From contig CAWBAT010000003.1 in NCBI GenBank assembly GCA_963786955.1, forward strand, positions 64,001-128,000: a stretch of 64,000 bases of DNA. The letters are read 5' to 3'. The DNA comes from an uncultured Acidimicrobiia bacterium. GTDB taxonomy: Bacteria > Acidobacteriota > Terriglobia > Versatilivoradales > Versatilivoraceae. This document shows positions 35,098-46,413 of this stretch, in pieces. The notes under the pieces are model-generated. The model was not told the DNA's origin. It did not search any database and saw only the letters and a list, made by a program, of their open reading frames with translations. The position numbers were made by a program, and so were the translations under genes. How positions within the stretch are numbered: the first letter of the stretch is position 1; each line of letters starts with the position of its first letter.

Positions 35098-35816
35098 GGG
35101 TCCATCCATTCTGGCTTTTAATACCAGACCCACCTGACCCGGAAAAATCTGCAATCGTTGTCGGCAAGACTCAGCCAAATTTTCGCGAGCTTTCCGAGCA
35201 TCCAGATATCTTTCAATTGCCGACAAGGACAGTCCAGTGGAGAATCGTCAAGCACTTACAAAGGGGATCCGAAAGTTGGGGCAGACCCTCCCCCATCCGA
35301 GGATAAAGGTGCTGCCTTTGGAGCCACATTCAAGGTGCGCCTCAGCAGAAGATCCCATCCTGGTGGATTCGATGTATGTGTCCCGAGCGACCATTCGGAT
35401 GCCGGCATGGTCGTCAGCGGCGTTCGATGGCATGCACCCGTACTCCAATGTCCAAACCCTGAATTAAAGCGTTATGAAGTGAAATAGCCGTATGCCTGAA
35501 AAACCTTAACGCGAGCGTCGCATAGAAGGAGTTGACAGGGAACATGTGTATCCTAAAAGGGCGTGGGTTGAAGAATGATCTCCTTCAAACGGCCTACCAT
35601 CTTTACTATCGAGACACTAGTGGTTACTTCTTTATCAAGTAGCTCTTTATATGAAGTCGATGCAGATGAACGACACTTGCGATTGGGAATGGAAACAGCG
35701 CTCCACATTTGTCCACGTGATTGGGCGCAGGATGAGTGAATGATAATTATCATGATCGAGCTTCCGATTAACACCCACTGATGATCAATCAAGCATGATA
35801 ACCCTCTAAAGAAACC

Positions 35817-37211
35817 GTGGCCGAACGCAAGCTCACGAATCACGATATAAATCCCGAGATATTTAAAACCATCATCGAGCCATTCAAAATCAAGACGGTC
35901 GAACCCATTCGTTGGACATCCCAGAATGAGCGCGAGACGTTGCTTCTCCGGGCTCACCATAACTTGTTTCTGCTTCCGGCGGATGCCATTCTCATTGATC
36001 TCTTGACTGATTCAGGCACGGCCGCCATGAGCACGCGACAATGGTCTGCCATGATGGTAGGCGATGAGAGTTATGCTGGGAGCCACAGTTTTGAACACTT
36101 TCGCCAGACAGTTCAGAATATTTTTGGTTTTTCACATGTCATTCCCAACCCATCAAGGCCGGGCTGCTGAGCGCATCCTTTTTACAGTAATGTGCAAGAA
36201 AGGGGATATCGTTCCGAACAACACTCATTTTGACACCACTCGGGCCAACATTGAGTTTGTTGGCGCTGAAGCCCTCGACCTGATAATCCCGGAAGGGACG
36301 CGACCCGGCTTATCTCCACCCTTTCAAGGGGAACATGGACATTGGCAAGTTAGAGCAACTCATCGACCGGGTTGGAGCCGCTCGGATTCCCCTCGTCATG
36401 TTGACGATCACGAATAATTCGGGTGGTGGTCAGCCTGTTTCGTTGGAAAATATGCGCGCCGTTAAGGCCATCTGTCGGCGTCATTCCATTCCGCTTTATT
36501 TTGACGCTTGCCGTTTTGCGGAAAATTCCTATTTCATCAAACTGCGGGAACAGGGGTATGAGAACAAGACACCCCGAGAAATTGCGCGTGAGATGTTCTC
36601 CCTCGGGGACGGCTGCACCATGTCGGCTAAGAAAGATGGACTCGCAAATATTGGGGGATTTCTTTGCACCAACGATGACGGTCTCGCGCAGCAGGAGGAG
36701 AATCTACTGATCCTGACGGAAGGGTACCCCACTTACGGCGGTTTGGCAGGGCGCGATCTCGAGGCCGTTGCGGTCGGACTTGAAGAAGCCCTCGAAGAGG
36801 ATTACTTAAAGTATCGAATCGTCTCCACAGCCTATTTGGGCAGCCACATTGCGGAACGAGGAGTGCCAATCGTTCAGCCCCCGGAGGGCATGCGATCTAC
36901 ATTGATGCCCGGGCCTTCTTGCCTCACATCCCCCCGGAAAATTTCCCCGGGGTGGCCCTCGCCAATAAGCTCTATCTGGTGGCGTGGGATCCGTTCCGTT
37001 GAAATCGGGTCCCTCATGTTTGGGCAACATGCGAGAATGGATTTGGTGACGGCTCGCGATCCCCCGCCGAGTCTATACGCAAAGTCATATGGACTACGTG
37101 ATCGAGGCTATTTTGAAAGTATGGGAGAAGCGAGATGAAATCCGCGGGCTAAGACTTACTTACGAAGCGCCATTTCTCCGGCATTTTACGGCCCGGCTGG
37201 AGCTTCTGTAG
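35817..37211 (+). CDS. tnaA: Tryptophanase (beta-eliminating lyase), frameshifted
   Basis: [45 protein letters not shown] lysine motif SAKKD and [14 protein letters not shown]-terminal LRHFTA favours TnaA over tyrosine phenol-lyase (LRFFTA). Confidence 0.85.
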
Positions 37212-37312
37212 TCATGCGGGGCGCATTCAGGCATCCACTTTGGGAGGGGCGAAGCAGTCCTTCAGCTCGGGGGATGGTACCGCCCCACTCCATCGAGTAA
37301 AAAGGAGGATTT

Positions 37313-38164
37313 ATGAAGGGAAGTGCGGAAAGCGAAATTAGAAACGTCACTGATTTGTGTGAACCCGCCCACCAGTTCCAAAAGAATAGGGCTATCTTTC
37401 CCGATCGCTACTCTTTCTTTTTTGATTGTCGAGTGCTGATCCATGCCGCTTACGGCCAAGAATCCAGTTTGTCACAGCCGGGGATCAAATTGTCGGAGCA
37501 ACAAATAATTGAAAAGCTGGAGAGCCTCGGAGGCCGTATTTTCAAGGAGTCAGGACGTGTTGTTGACGTGAACATGGACGAACCAAAATTGAGGACAAGG
37601 ACTTGTCTCTCATTGCTTCGCTCGCAGACGTGACGGATCTCTCCTTGGAACAAACCCAGATGGGTGACTCTGGGAATCGCTATCTCGAAAGCCTCAAAAA
37701 ACTCGAATGGCTGAATTTGTACGGTACGCAAGTGACTGATGCCGGAATGAAGGTGTTGCAAGGATTCAATAACCTCCAGCATCTGCCCATCGGTAGGACA
37801 AAGGTGACGGACGTCGGGATTGGCGGAGTTGGGCAAAATGTCGCAACTCAATTATCTTGGACTTCGTGGCGATAACGTGTCTGATAGCGGGGTGAAATAA
37901 TTGGGAAACTTAACAAATCTCACCGGACTCCACCTTGGCGAAACGAAGATCACTGACAACGGTCTGGTCTATTTGCAGACCTTGACCAAGCTTAAGAAAC
38001 TCTGGTTAAACAATACCTTCATATCCGATGAAGGATTAGCCCACCTGGCCACGCTCAAGAATCTCGAGCAACTTCATATTTACGAAACGCAAGTTACGGA
38101 AGAAGGGTACAGGCAACTTCATTCGGAATTGCCTGAATGTCTGATCATTTATCGTGTGGAGTAA
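37313..38164 (+). CDS. Secreted leucine-rich repeat protein, frameshifted with an in-frame stop near 37898
   Basis: Repeated LxxLxxLxLxxTxITDxGL units after a signal-like N-terminus. Confidence 0.8.
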
Positions 38165-38345
38165 AAGATCTAGAACAGACGCGCTCCCCGAGGACTGCTA
38201 AAGCGGAGCATTTCGAAGGACTATAGAAGCGAAGGTGGGGATCCAGTATCAGTATCCTTCATGGTTGAAAGAATCAACGGACGAGCGATTGAGAAAAGGT
38301 CCCATGCGACCTAGATAAGAGCGTTCAGCTTTGTCAAGCTTAACC

Positions 38346-38525
38346 CTAGGCTACCTTATTGGTTTCATCAACCTCCGCCGATACATCTTGCGTGAGTTTG
38401 TCATCAATGGATTTAAACATATAGGATTTTTTCCGCATTTGCAGCAATGAATGACCGATGAGTAACAATCCCCATACTCCATACAACAAAGCAAAACTCA
38501 GGATCACAATTCGTTCTAGATCCAT
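38346..38525 (-). CDS. Possible 59-aa single-TM small protein
   Basis: Translated by hand: MDLERIVILSFALLYGVWGLLLIGHSLLQMRKKSYMFKSIDDKLTQDVSAEVDETNKVA. It falls below the ORF-track cutoff and the RBS is weak. Confidence 0.4.
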   Translation of the reverse strand: MDLERIVILSFALLYGVWGLLLIGHSLLQMRKKSYMFKSIDDKLTQDVSAEVDETNKVA

Positions 38526-39073
38526 ACTCTTGTCTCAGTGTACTTAATTGCGGTTATCCGATTTGCCTTCGAAACGCGAAAGCAACTGGGCACGGATTTA
38601 ATGGTTGTTTGCCTAAAGAGATCTGGTTTGGCTACAAATCGTGCAAGAATTTCCAATCTCTGCAGAAGCCATCATCGCAACAATTGATCTACCACATATT
38701 TTTAGGGCATGAATCATGCCAAACTCCATTCTCTGTTTTCCTTGAGGATTAGAGGAAGCTAGAGGCAAACGACAACGGAAAAATTACATGGTTTGACTTT
38801 GGATCAGCAAAAATTACCAATCGTTTTGCTGACCGCACCCCAGAGTATTGATTTCTTTGCCTGAAAAGGGAATTGCATCTGAGCAACTATTGTTGCCAGA
38901 AGTCCAAGTTCACACGCCATATTGAACACGGGTCTGGAGAAATCATCGGAAACACGATTTGTTCTCATCACGCACGTGTCGATCAGATTCTCTCCTGCTG
39001 CTGATCTGAGGATTCCTTGTACGGGATCACCAGTACCGGACGATCGACGCGAGACAGGACTTGAAGGATCAAG

Positions 39074-40879
39074 CTATCCACGGCAACACTCTTGCGGGAG
39101 TCCGGATCTGTGCTGTCCTATCACAAGGATCTCATGATGTCCCGTATGGAATTCAGCGATAATCCCTTGCACAGGTGTGGAAGCCTGACGAAGGCTCAAA
39201 TCACAGCTGACTCCAAGCTCTTTCAATGCTGTAAGCTCGCGATTCAGATGGGATTCGGTCTCAGGGGTTAGCTTGTCTGTGGCTGAAGCCAAATGCAGGA
39301 GCGTTACCGGCAGTCCCAAACGCTGGGCTAACCGGCCTCCGACAAGAACATCGATCAGGTCTTTCTCACCGTCTGCCAAGTAGATGACCATGCGTTCCAT
39401 CTCATGGCTTCTTCCGTTGACCACGAGCACCGGTATCGTCGCGTTTTTCAAGATTCTCATGAGCGTTGAACTGATTCGATTGGGGCGGGGATCGAATCTT
39501 CCAAACAGTCTGGGTTTGACCGACAGAATTAACATCTCATAAAGTGTTTCCGTCTGCTCACGGGTGATTTGGTGAACGGGATTTCCGTATCGGAGACGCA
39601 AGTCAGCATGGGAAAAGCCCGCCTTTTTCTGACGTTTCGTCAGTCTGTTCATAAACGCGTCACCCGATTCAGAGTCCTGGCTAATTCCAACTAAACTAGC
39701 CGCTGCATTTAGCCGTTCGACGAGTTGACGGGCTATTTTCAGCGCAGTTATGGGACCTCTGCCATCATCGTAGACCAACAGACGGGCCGGTGGTTGCTCC
39801 AGAATGTGCCACTCTTTTAAGCTGATCCAGGGATCACATTCGGGCAGCTTTAAATCTGTAGGGAGAATAGCGTCGAACCGCAGTCCTTCTTCTCCGAATG
39901 GGAGCGGGGGAGAAATCTGGTGGGTCTCAGTCAATCGAGGAAGGGACACTCGGACTCGCCGAGAGGCCGCTGCAAAACTCGTCTCTATAATTTCACCCCG
40001 ACCGAGCAATGGTTTGTCATTGTCCGGTTTTTCGGGGGTAAGAATCACATGCTCAGGCCTGAAGAGCAGTTGTATCGACGTTCCCTCGGTATGCGGGACA
40101 GATGAAGGTATCGGGAGTCGAACGGGACCGAAGCACCCAGCGCCATCTTTGACTTTCCCGACGAGCACGGTCCCATTGCCAAGGAACGTTGCGCCAAAGA
40201 GCGTCTTCGGTTTTCCATAAAGTTTTTCCGCAACGCCAATCTCCAAAAGCTTTCCATGTTCGATGACCCCAATCCGGTCTGCTAGCTCAAAAGCTTCCTC
40301 CTGATCGTGAGTCACCAAGATCGTCGTGATTCGGAGCCTCTGTTGGATTGCCTTAAGGCTCCTTCGCAGTTGGGTGCGCGTCTTCCCATCCAACGCCCCG
40401 AAGGGTTCGTCGAGCAACAAGACCTTGGGTTGATAGGCCAAAGCCCTCGCCAGAGCTACCCGCTGTTGCTGTCCTCCGGAAAGCTGGTTTGCATAGCGGC
40501 TTCCGAAACCGGGCAGTCCGACTAGGTCGAGCAACTGGGCGAGTCTTCGCGCCCGGTCGGCTGCTGGCATTTTGCGGATCTTCATCCCGAAATCAACATT
40601 TTGGGCGACATTCAGGTGTTGGAAAATTGAGTAATTTTGAAATACAAATCCAATTCTGCGTTTTTGGGGAACCCATTGAGTGACATCTTTCCCCCCCAGC
40701 AAGATTCTTCCTCCGTCCGGTATTGAAAGACCCGCGATCATCTTCAGGATCGTACTTTTGCCACTGCCACTAGCCCCTAACAAAACAAAGAACTCCCCAT
40801 CCTGAATGTCGAGCGAAAGATCGTCGACGATTGTCTGGTTTCCATATCGCTTGGTGAGCTGTTTCAGAATGATGGACAT
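39074..40879 (-). CDS. cysA: Sulfate/thiosulfate-type ABC ATPase fused to C-terminal universal-stress-protein-like domains
   Basis: GASGSGKS, LSGGQQQRVALARALA and LLLDEPFGALD. C-terminal LRYGNPVHQI...ILKNATIPVLVV and TPVQGII...ILVIG. Confidence 0.8.
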   Translation of the reverse strand: MSIILKQLTKRYGNQTIVDDLSLDIQDGEFFVLLGASGSGKSTILKMIAGLSIPDGGRILLGGKDVTQWVPQKRRIGFVFQNYSIFQHLNVAQNVDFGMKIRKMPAADRARRLAQLLDLVGLPGFGSRYANQLSGGQQQRVALARALAYQPKVLLLDEPFGALDGKTRTQLRRSLKAIQQRLRITTILVTHDQEEAFELADRIGVIEHGKLLEIGVAEKLYGKPKTLFGATFLGNGTVLVGKVKDGAGCFGPVRLPIPSSVPHTEGTSIQLLFRPEHVILTPEKPDNDKPLLGRGEIIETSFAAASRRVRVSLPRLTETHQISPPLPFGEEGLRFDAILPTDLKLPECDPWISLKEWHILEQPPARLLVYDDGRGPITALKIARQLVERLNAAASLVGISQDSESGDAFMNRLTKRQKKAGFSHADLRLRYGNPVHQITREQTETLYEMLILSVKPRLFGRFDPRPNRISSTLMRILKNATIPVLVVNGRSHEMERMVIYLADGEKDLIDVLVGGRLAQRLGLPVTLLHLASATDKLTPETESHLNRELTALKELGVSCDLSLRQASTPVQGIIAEFHTGHHEILVIGQHRSGLPQECCRG

Positions 40880-40922
40880 GAAATGTGTGTTCGGTACCCC
40901 TCATGACATTTTCTTCAGTCAA

Positions 40923-41771
40923 TCAAAAATCGTCTCCAGCATTTCCAGGTCGGCCCGTAGAGTGAATGAGAAGGAAGAATATGCAGAATGAGACGAGGGC
41001 TAAAAGGGCCGCCACTGCGTTAGCAGTCGCGATGTTGCCCGCCTCAAATTGAGAGAAGATATATAAAGGTGCGGTCTGTGTTCTGAGTTGGAGATTACCT
41101 GAAACGAGAACCGTAGCCCCAAATTCACCCAAAGAGTGAGAAAAAGTTAAGAGAGTTCCGCTGAAGAGACCCCCTTTCAGCGAAGGCAGGATGATGTACC
41201 AGAAGGTTTGCCAACGGTTGGCTCCAATCGTATAGGCGGCCTGCTCGTAAGTGGTCTCTTGTTCATCGAGAAGTGGTTTTACGGCTCCCAGCATGTAAGG
41301 AAAGGTCACAAATAGATGTGCCAGCAAGACGGCTGCTGGCGTAAACATCGGCTGTAGGCCAAGTGGATCAATCCAACGCCCTAGAAGACCAATGGGGCCC
41401 CACAGTAACAGGAGAGAAGTCCCGACGACGACTGTGGGAATTGCCACAGGCAAATTGATCATGATGTTCAAGGGCCGCTTGCCAACAAACTGGAATTTGC
41501 TGAGTACATAGGCAGTAAAAGTCCCGAGGGCAGCATTAATTGTGGCCGTAGCGAAGGCGATGAGAAAACTGAAGCGCAAGGCAAACTGGGCATCAGGGGT
41601 TGACAAAGCCGCAACGAAAGCAGATATGCCTCCTTTGAAGGCAAAAAAGAAGATCGCTCCCAGCGGCAAGATCAACAAGGGAAGTAAGAAAAGAATCAGA
41701 AATCCGACAGGAAGAGCGGCGGATGGCCGGTTTAACCGTATATTCCGTGAACCCAGAAAAGACACATTCAT
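40923..41771 (-). CDS. Sulfate ABC permease (CysT/CysW family)
   Basis: NLPVAIPTVV, LFVTFPY, YEQAAYTIGA (EAA-like), SLGEFGA, TQTAPLYI. Confidence 0.88.
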   Translation of the reverse strand: MNVSFLGSRNIRLNRPSAALPVGFLILFLLPLLILPLGAIFFFAFKGGISAFVAALSTPDAQFALRFSFLIAFATATINAALGTFTAYVLSKFQFVGKRPLNIMINLPVAIPTVVVGTSLLLLWGPIGLLGRWIDPLGLQPMFTPAAVLLAHLFVTFPYMLGAVKPLLDEQETTYEQAAYTIGANRWQTFWYIILPSLKGGLFSGTLLTFSHSLGEFGATVLVSGNLQLRTQTAPLYIFSQFEAGNIATANAVAALLALVSFCIFFLLIHSTGRPGNAGDDF

Positions 41772-42817
41772 CTCCTTATTCCCTTTAGAGCCTGGTTCTT
41801 CCAGATTCCCTCAATGATGTCTGATTTGGCTTTCCCCCATCCTCCAAATTCTTCGATGGAACAGAGATCGGGTATATTTCCGAAATCGGATCGCTCTTCA
41901 TTCAAGCAGTCATTGATACTTCGAAAGCCATAATTGACAAAGATCCGTTGAGCCTGATCACTCCACAAAAATGTGACGAAGGCATCCACAAGACCACGTC
42001 CCTCCGGGGGGATGTTTTTGTCTAATAAAACCAAGGTGTTCTCACATAAAATAGATGTTTTCGGATAGATAATCTCACCCCGCAAAATGCCTTTGGAACG
42101 ATCGAAGAGAACTTCTTGCTCGTCGGTGACCAACACATCACCAAAACCGTTTTCAAACATGGTTCGAGCCGCACGAGCTGAAGAAGCGCGAGCGACAACG
42201 TTGTTCCAAATGCCCGAGAGCATGTCAGCTGCGGCTGGCGAATTTCCCGAGTTAAGAGCCAGGGCAGAGCCGTATTCGGCCACAATCGCCCAGTTGGCCC
42301 CTCCCGAAGTCGAGGGATCGGGATGAATGAGTCGTATTCCGGGACGGGCCAGGTCTGCAAAATCCTGAACTCCTTTGGGATTTCCGGGCCGAACGAGCAA
42401 AACAATCGGAGTACGATTGAGAACCCCTCGATGCGGCAGGCGATGCCAACTCTGATCTTCAATCAAATGCGAGGCACTGAGTCTCTGGGCATCCAGTTGG
42501 AGGGAAAGCAAAGCCATTTCAGCTGGCACACCCAGCAGAAGCTGATTCGTGATTGTGCCGGATCCAGCGAAGGAGCTGATTATCTCGAGTCGTTCGCCGG
42601 ATTTCATGAACCAGAGATTCTCGAAGGCCGGAAAAGCGACTTGCTTCATCACCCGCTCTAGAATACTGCTGCCATAAAAAATGAGAGTCTTGGGCCGCGT
42701 TTCCCGCAGGCGGAAGGGTAACCAGGGCCAAAGGGCATAGATAAAGAGCATCCCCAGAAGTACACCAGTGATGGATCTCAGGAGGAAACGACCCAGCATC
42801 TTGCCGGTGATGACCAT
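41768..42817 (-). CDS. Sulfate-binding protein (Sbp/CysP family)
   Basis: SFAGSG, LVRPGNPKGVQDFADL, PDPSTSGGA, GFGDVLVTDEQE, AQRIFVNYGFR, FGGW. Confidence 0.88.
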   Translation of the reverse strand: MVITGKMLGRFLLRSITGVLLGMLFIYALWPWLPFRLRETRPKTLIFYGSSILERVMKQVAFPAFENLWFMKSGERLEIISSFAGSGTITNQLLLGVPAEMALLSLQLDAQRLSASHLIEDQSWHRLPHRGVLNRTPIVLLVRPGNPKGVQDFADLARPGIRLIHPDPSTSGGANWAIVAEYGSALALNSGNSPAAADMLSGIWNNVVARASSARAARTMFENGFGDVLVTDEQEVLFDRSKGILRGEIIYPKTSILCENTLVLLDKNIPPEGRGLVDAFVTFLWSDQAQRIFVNYGFRSINDCLNEERSDFGNIPDLCSIEEFGGWGKAKSDIIEGIWKNQALKGIRR

Positions 42818-42900
42818 TTTAGTCCCATTCTTCTTGTCTTATTCCAGATGTGATCCGAAGTCGTGCTTGAGCCATCGAGCAGATAAGGCGTCACTTACGA

Positions 42901-42916
42901 TGCAAGCAATGGACCA
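42901..42916 (-). promoter_or_regulatory. Candidate sigma-54 (-24/-12) promoter of the sulfate ABC operon
   Basis: The minus strand reads TGGTCCATTGCTTGCA (GG-N10-GC with TTGCA), about 85 nt upstream of the binding-protein gene. Confidence 0.4.
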
Positions 42917-43338
42917 TTAATATACTTATTTAGCTGAGGTCATTGCTCTACTCAAGTACTTATAAAACATGATTTTACAAGAACTAGGGAGTGTGGGAGA
43001 GGCGAGGTCCCTGGAGAGGTCGTGAGATGAGGTAGCAAAAATTACACATGTCCAGGGGGTTGGGAAAAGATTTGTACTGTTAAAACCATTTGCCAGTGTA
43101 GGCACTTTCACTATCCAGTCTAATATTTCCCCTGAGTCCGTAGAGAATCGTCGTAGGCCAAGAGGCTGCCCTGAGAAAAAGTGTATGGACGCTAATTTGG
43201 GAGGAAGTCATCATCTATCGATAATCCCTGTGATCCTGAAGAGAGTCGATGTATTCTCTCCATTGCACAGACAGAAGGAGTCTCACGAACGAGAAAGTTA
43301 CAGTCTTAATTCAATGAACCGCCGTTAGGGAGGAAATC

Positions 43339-43809
43339 ATGATTGTGGGTGAGCTGAAGCAATGGAAGAACATTAGTGGATTGGCTGGATTGGAAGGAGC
43401 TTTCGAGTTCTTGGAGAAAAATCAAAACCAGGAATTACCCCTAGGAAGATATCCGATCGATGGGGACGACATCTATGCCATCATCGTTCGTGCGCCATCA
43501 CGGCCCGATGAGGCGGGGCAATTTGAATCTCACCGGAAATACATAGACGTGCAGTATCTGGATGCGGGTATGGAGAGCATTGGCTACGCACCCATCGCCA
43601 ACTTAAATGTAGCGACTCCCTATCTGGAATCCAAAGATGTTGAATTCTATGAACTCCCCGAAAATTACGAAAAACTCTCCATGTATCCGGGCCGATTTGC
43701 AGTTTTTTTCCCAGGCGAAGGTCATCTCCCGAACTGCCACTTGGGGGGAGAACACCCGTTGAGCAAAATTGTCGTCAAGATCCTATCCTCGTTGCACAGA
43801 AGAAGTTGA
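43339..43809 (+). CDS. YhcH/YjgK/YiaL-family protein
   Basis: GRYPIDGD, FESHRKYIDVQY, FAVFFPGEGH, KIVVK. RBS ggagg. Confidence 0.92.
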   Translation: MIVGELKQWKNISGLAGLEGAFEFLEKNQNQELPLGRYPIDGDDIYAIIVRAPSRPDEAGQFESHRKYIDVQYLDAGMESIGYAPIANLNVATPYLESKDVEFYELPENYEKLSMYPGRFAVFFPGEGHLPNCHLGGEHPLSKIVVKILSSLHRRS

Positions 43810-43822
43810 ATCATTATTCAGT

Positions 43823-44039
43823 GTAGGGGCAAAGCATTTGCAACTGCCGCGTGATGGTCTCCAACATTTCTGAGGCGAATGCTTTGCCCTTAGAATCAGA
43901 CCCTGCCGATTTCACAAGGGCGAAGGATCAAGCGTGTGGCAAACGACAATCACGAGGGCGACGAAGGATCAAGCGCGTCGCAAACGTCAATCACGAGGGC
44001 GAAGCATCCGTCAGTTGACGGATGCTTCGCCCCTACAAG
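43823..44039. repeat. REP cluster left of RAYT
   Basis: Multiple gtaggggc(g/a)aagcat / atgcttcgcccctac units. Confidence 0.88.
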
Positions 44040-44056
44040 CGGTTTGTTTGAAACAA

Positions 44057-44629
44057 ATGCCATTTGATCCTGAAAAAGACCATCGGCGTTCGATTCGCCT
44101 GCGAAGTTATGACTATTCTCAGCCTGGCGCCTATTTTGTGACGATCTGCACGCATCAGCGTAAGTGCCTATTGGGCTGTGAAGAAGACGGAAAGATCATC
44201 CTTTCAGCCTTTGGTTACCTAGTAGAAAGAACCTGGCAGGCTCTGCCAAAACATTTTCCAGGGATTGAATTGGATGCCTATGTGATCATGCCGAATCACA
44301 TTCACGGGATTATCAGGCGTAGGGGCGAAGCATTTTCGGCTGAAACATCCAGAATTACATCCATCTCGTGGGCCAATGCTTCGCCCCCTTCTCCATTTCT
44401 TGGCACGAAGCCAAATTCATTGGCAGCCATCATCCAGAATTTCAAATCGGTTTCGACGCGGAAAATGAATCAGAGGACCAACAGTACTGGAACCCAATGG
44501 TGGCAACGTAATTATTACGAACAAGTGATTCGGAATGAGAAGTCACTGTTGAAGGCTCAACAATACATATCCGAAAACCCGCTACGGTGGGCATTTGACA
44601 AGGAAAATCCCACCAAAATAGTTCTGTAG
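44057..44629 (+). mobile_element. REP-associated tyrosine transposase (RAYT, IS200/Y1 HUH family)
   Basis: RRSIRL..YDYSQPGAYFVTICT, HUH motif MPNHIHGI, WQRNYYE and catalytic YISENP. REPs flank the gene. Confidence 0.93.
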
Positions 44630-44801
44630 GGGTGAAGTATTCGCAACTTCAGCCTGATGGTCTCCAATATTTTTGAGGCGAATGCTTTGCCCCTGGGATC
44701 AGACCCTGCAAATTTCATAAGGGCGAAGGATCTGCTGTGTGGCAAACGCCAATCATAAGGGCGAAGCATCCGTTAGCTGACGGATGCTTCGCCCCTACAA
44801 G
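44626..44801. repeat. REP cluster right of RAYT; direct repeat of 43823..44039
   Basis: Same REP units and similar spacers (gatggtctccaa, tcagaccctgc, gtgtggcaaacg). Confidence 0.88.
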
Positions 44802-44843
44802 ACGAATTATTCTGTGATTGTGGCGTTTGCAATCTGCGAGACT

Positions 44844-46413
44844 TCATCCGGAGTTGGAATGCCCCCGGTGACGGAATAACGAATCTTGTTTTTCCTCTGG
44901 GCCATTAAGCCGGATTTCATAACGCTGGCAATAGTTGGAAGATTGCTCGACTAAAAGTTTAATCCAAGTCCGCCAAGTCATCTGACGAAAGTAAATCCCA
45001 CGAAACAAAAGACGGGCGACAAAATGCATTAGTTGCGGGCCAAAGGTCTTTTGATTATCCAGCAGCCATTTTTGTGCCCGACGAAATGCCGCAGGATCGT
45101 AGCAATGAGTCCACGCCTGCCGTATTTCCTCTTCCGCTGCATCAGCAGAAATATTTTTGGGAATGTAAGCAGACTTAAAGGCCTGAAAGTCAAGCCAGTG
45201 TTCCGGCCGAGTCAGACGCCCTTCTTTTTGCAAACGATAGTACAAAGGGGTAGCGGGGTAAGGGGTGAGAATTCCGAATACCGGCAATCCGGGCGGCCAG
45301 GTATCGATCTTACGGTAAGTTTGCTCGGAAACACCTCGCCGGTCGCCCTCCATTCCAAAAATAAACGAGGTAATTGCATACAGATGGTACTTGGCGAGCA
45401 AGTTTAGAATCTCCTGGTATTCTTCCGGTTTATTAAATTCCTTGTGCGCCACCTTGAGGCTTTCCGGATCCATGGACTCCAGTCCCATGAATATCCAACG
45501 CCCGCCACTGGCCGCGATCAATTGTACGAGTTCCTCATCTCGCAGGAGATTCATGCTGATCTGGGCGATCCAAGGCATGCAAGCATCCTGTTTGATCATC
45601 TCGCGTAGAAGAGACTTCGTCCGTTTACGATTAATGGCAAAGTTATCATCAATAAAAAAGACCATGGTCAAGGCATTCTTCTCTTTGGCCATGGCCTTCA
45701 AGTTCAGTAATTCTTGAATGACATTGTCATTATCCCGAAATCGAATCTCGTCTCCGAAGAAGCCGGTCACGGTGCAAAACTCGCACCCATAGGGGCAGCC
45801 TCGGCCAGATTCCATGGGGATAATATAAACGTTTTCGTAGCCGATTCCGATTGCCTTCAATACTCTCCTGGCCGTTCTCGGGACAAAACGCATCATATCA
45901 AAAAGAGTCAAATTAGCTTTGTCCCAGGCCATGGCCGGATAATTTTTAAGAGTCGGTTTTACGTCTTTTCCTTCGTGTTTTGCGGGCTCATAGACTTTCT
46001 GCAATCGTCCGAGAGAGGCATCTCGAACCACTAACGGCCAAGTATCGTCTGCTTCACCGAGGACGACGGTATCGGCATATTGTGGATGTCCTGTCAGTCC
46101 CAACGGTTCGTCCGGGACTTCGGTCACGTGAGGGCCTCCCATCACGATCGGTACAGTTGGTGGCACAGCGAATGGCATCTGCCATGCGATAGGCTTTTTG
46201 CGCCATCCGCGTCATGAAGCCCATGCCGACTAACTCAATCCTTTCGCGAATAATAAATTCGACCAGCTCTTGCTCTGTATAGTGTTGTGCGTTGCCATCG
46301 ATGATGGTAACGCGATGCTCACTTGGCGTGAGTCGCTTCAGCACAAAGGGCCAAAGTTGTGGGACGAAGTTGTTGGTGATCTGGTTGTCAGGAACATACA
46401 AGAGGATGTGCAT
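44844..46413 (-). CDS. Cobalamin-binding radical SAM protein, frameshifted near 46170
   Basis: N-terminal B12-binding region (GMGFMT...IVMGGPHVT), CxxxCxxC motif GRGCPYGCEFC, FIDDNF, GLES and TPYPATP. Confidence 0.9.

Noticed and set aside
37313-38164. LRR gene as a defence or effector system
   Set aside because: It is a common secreted LRR type with no associated enzymatic or immunity partner.
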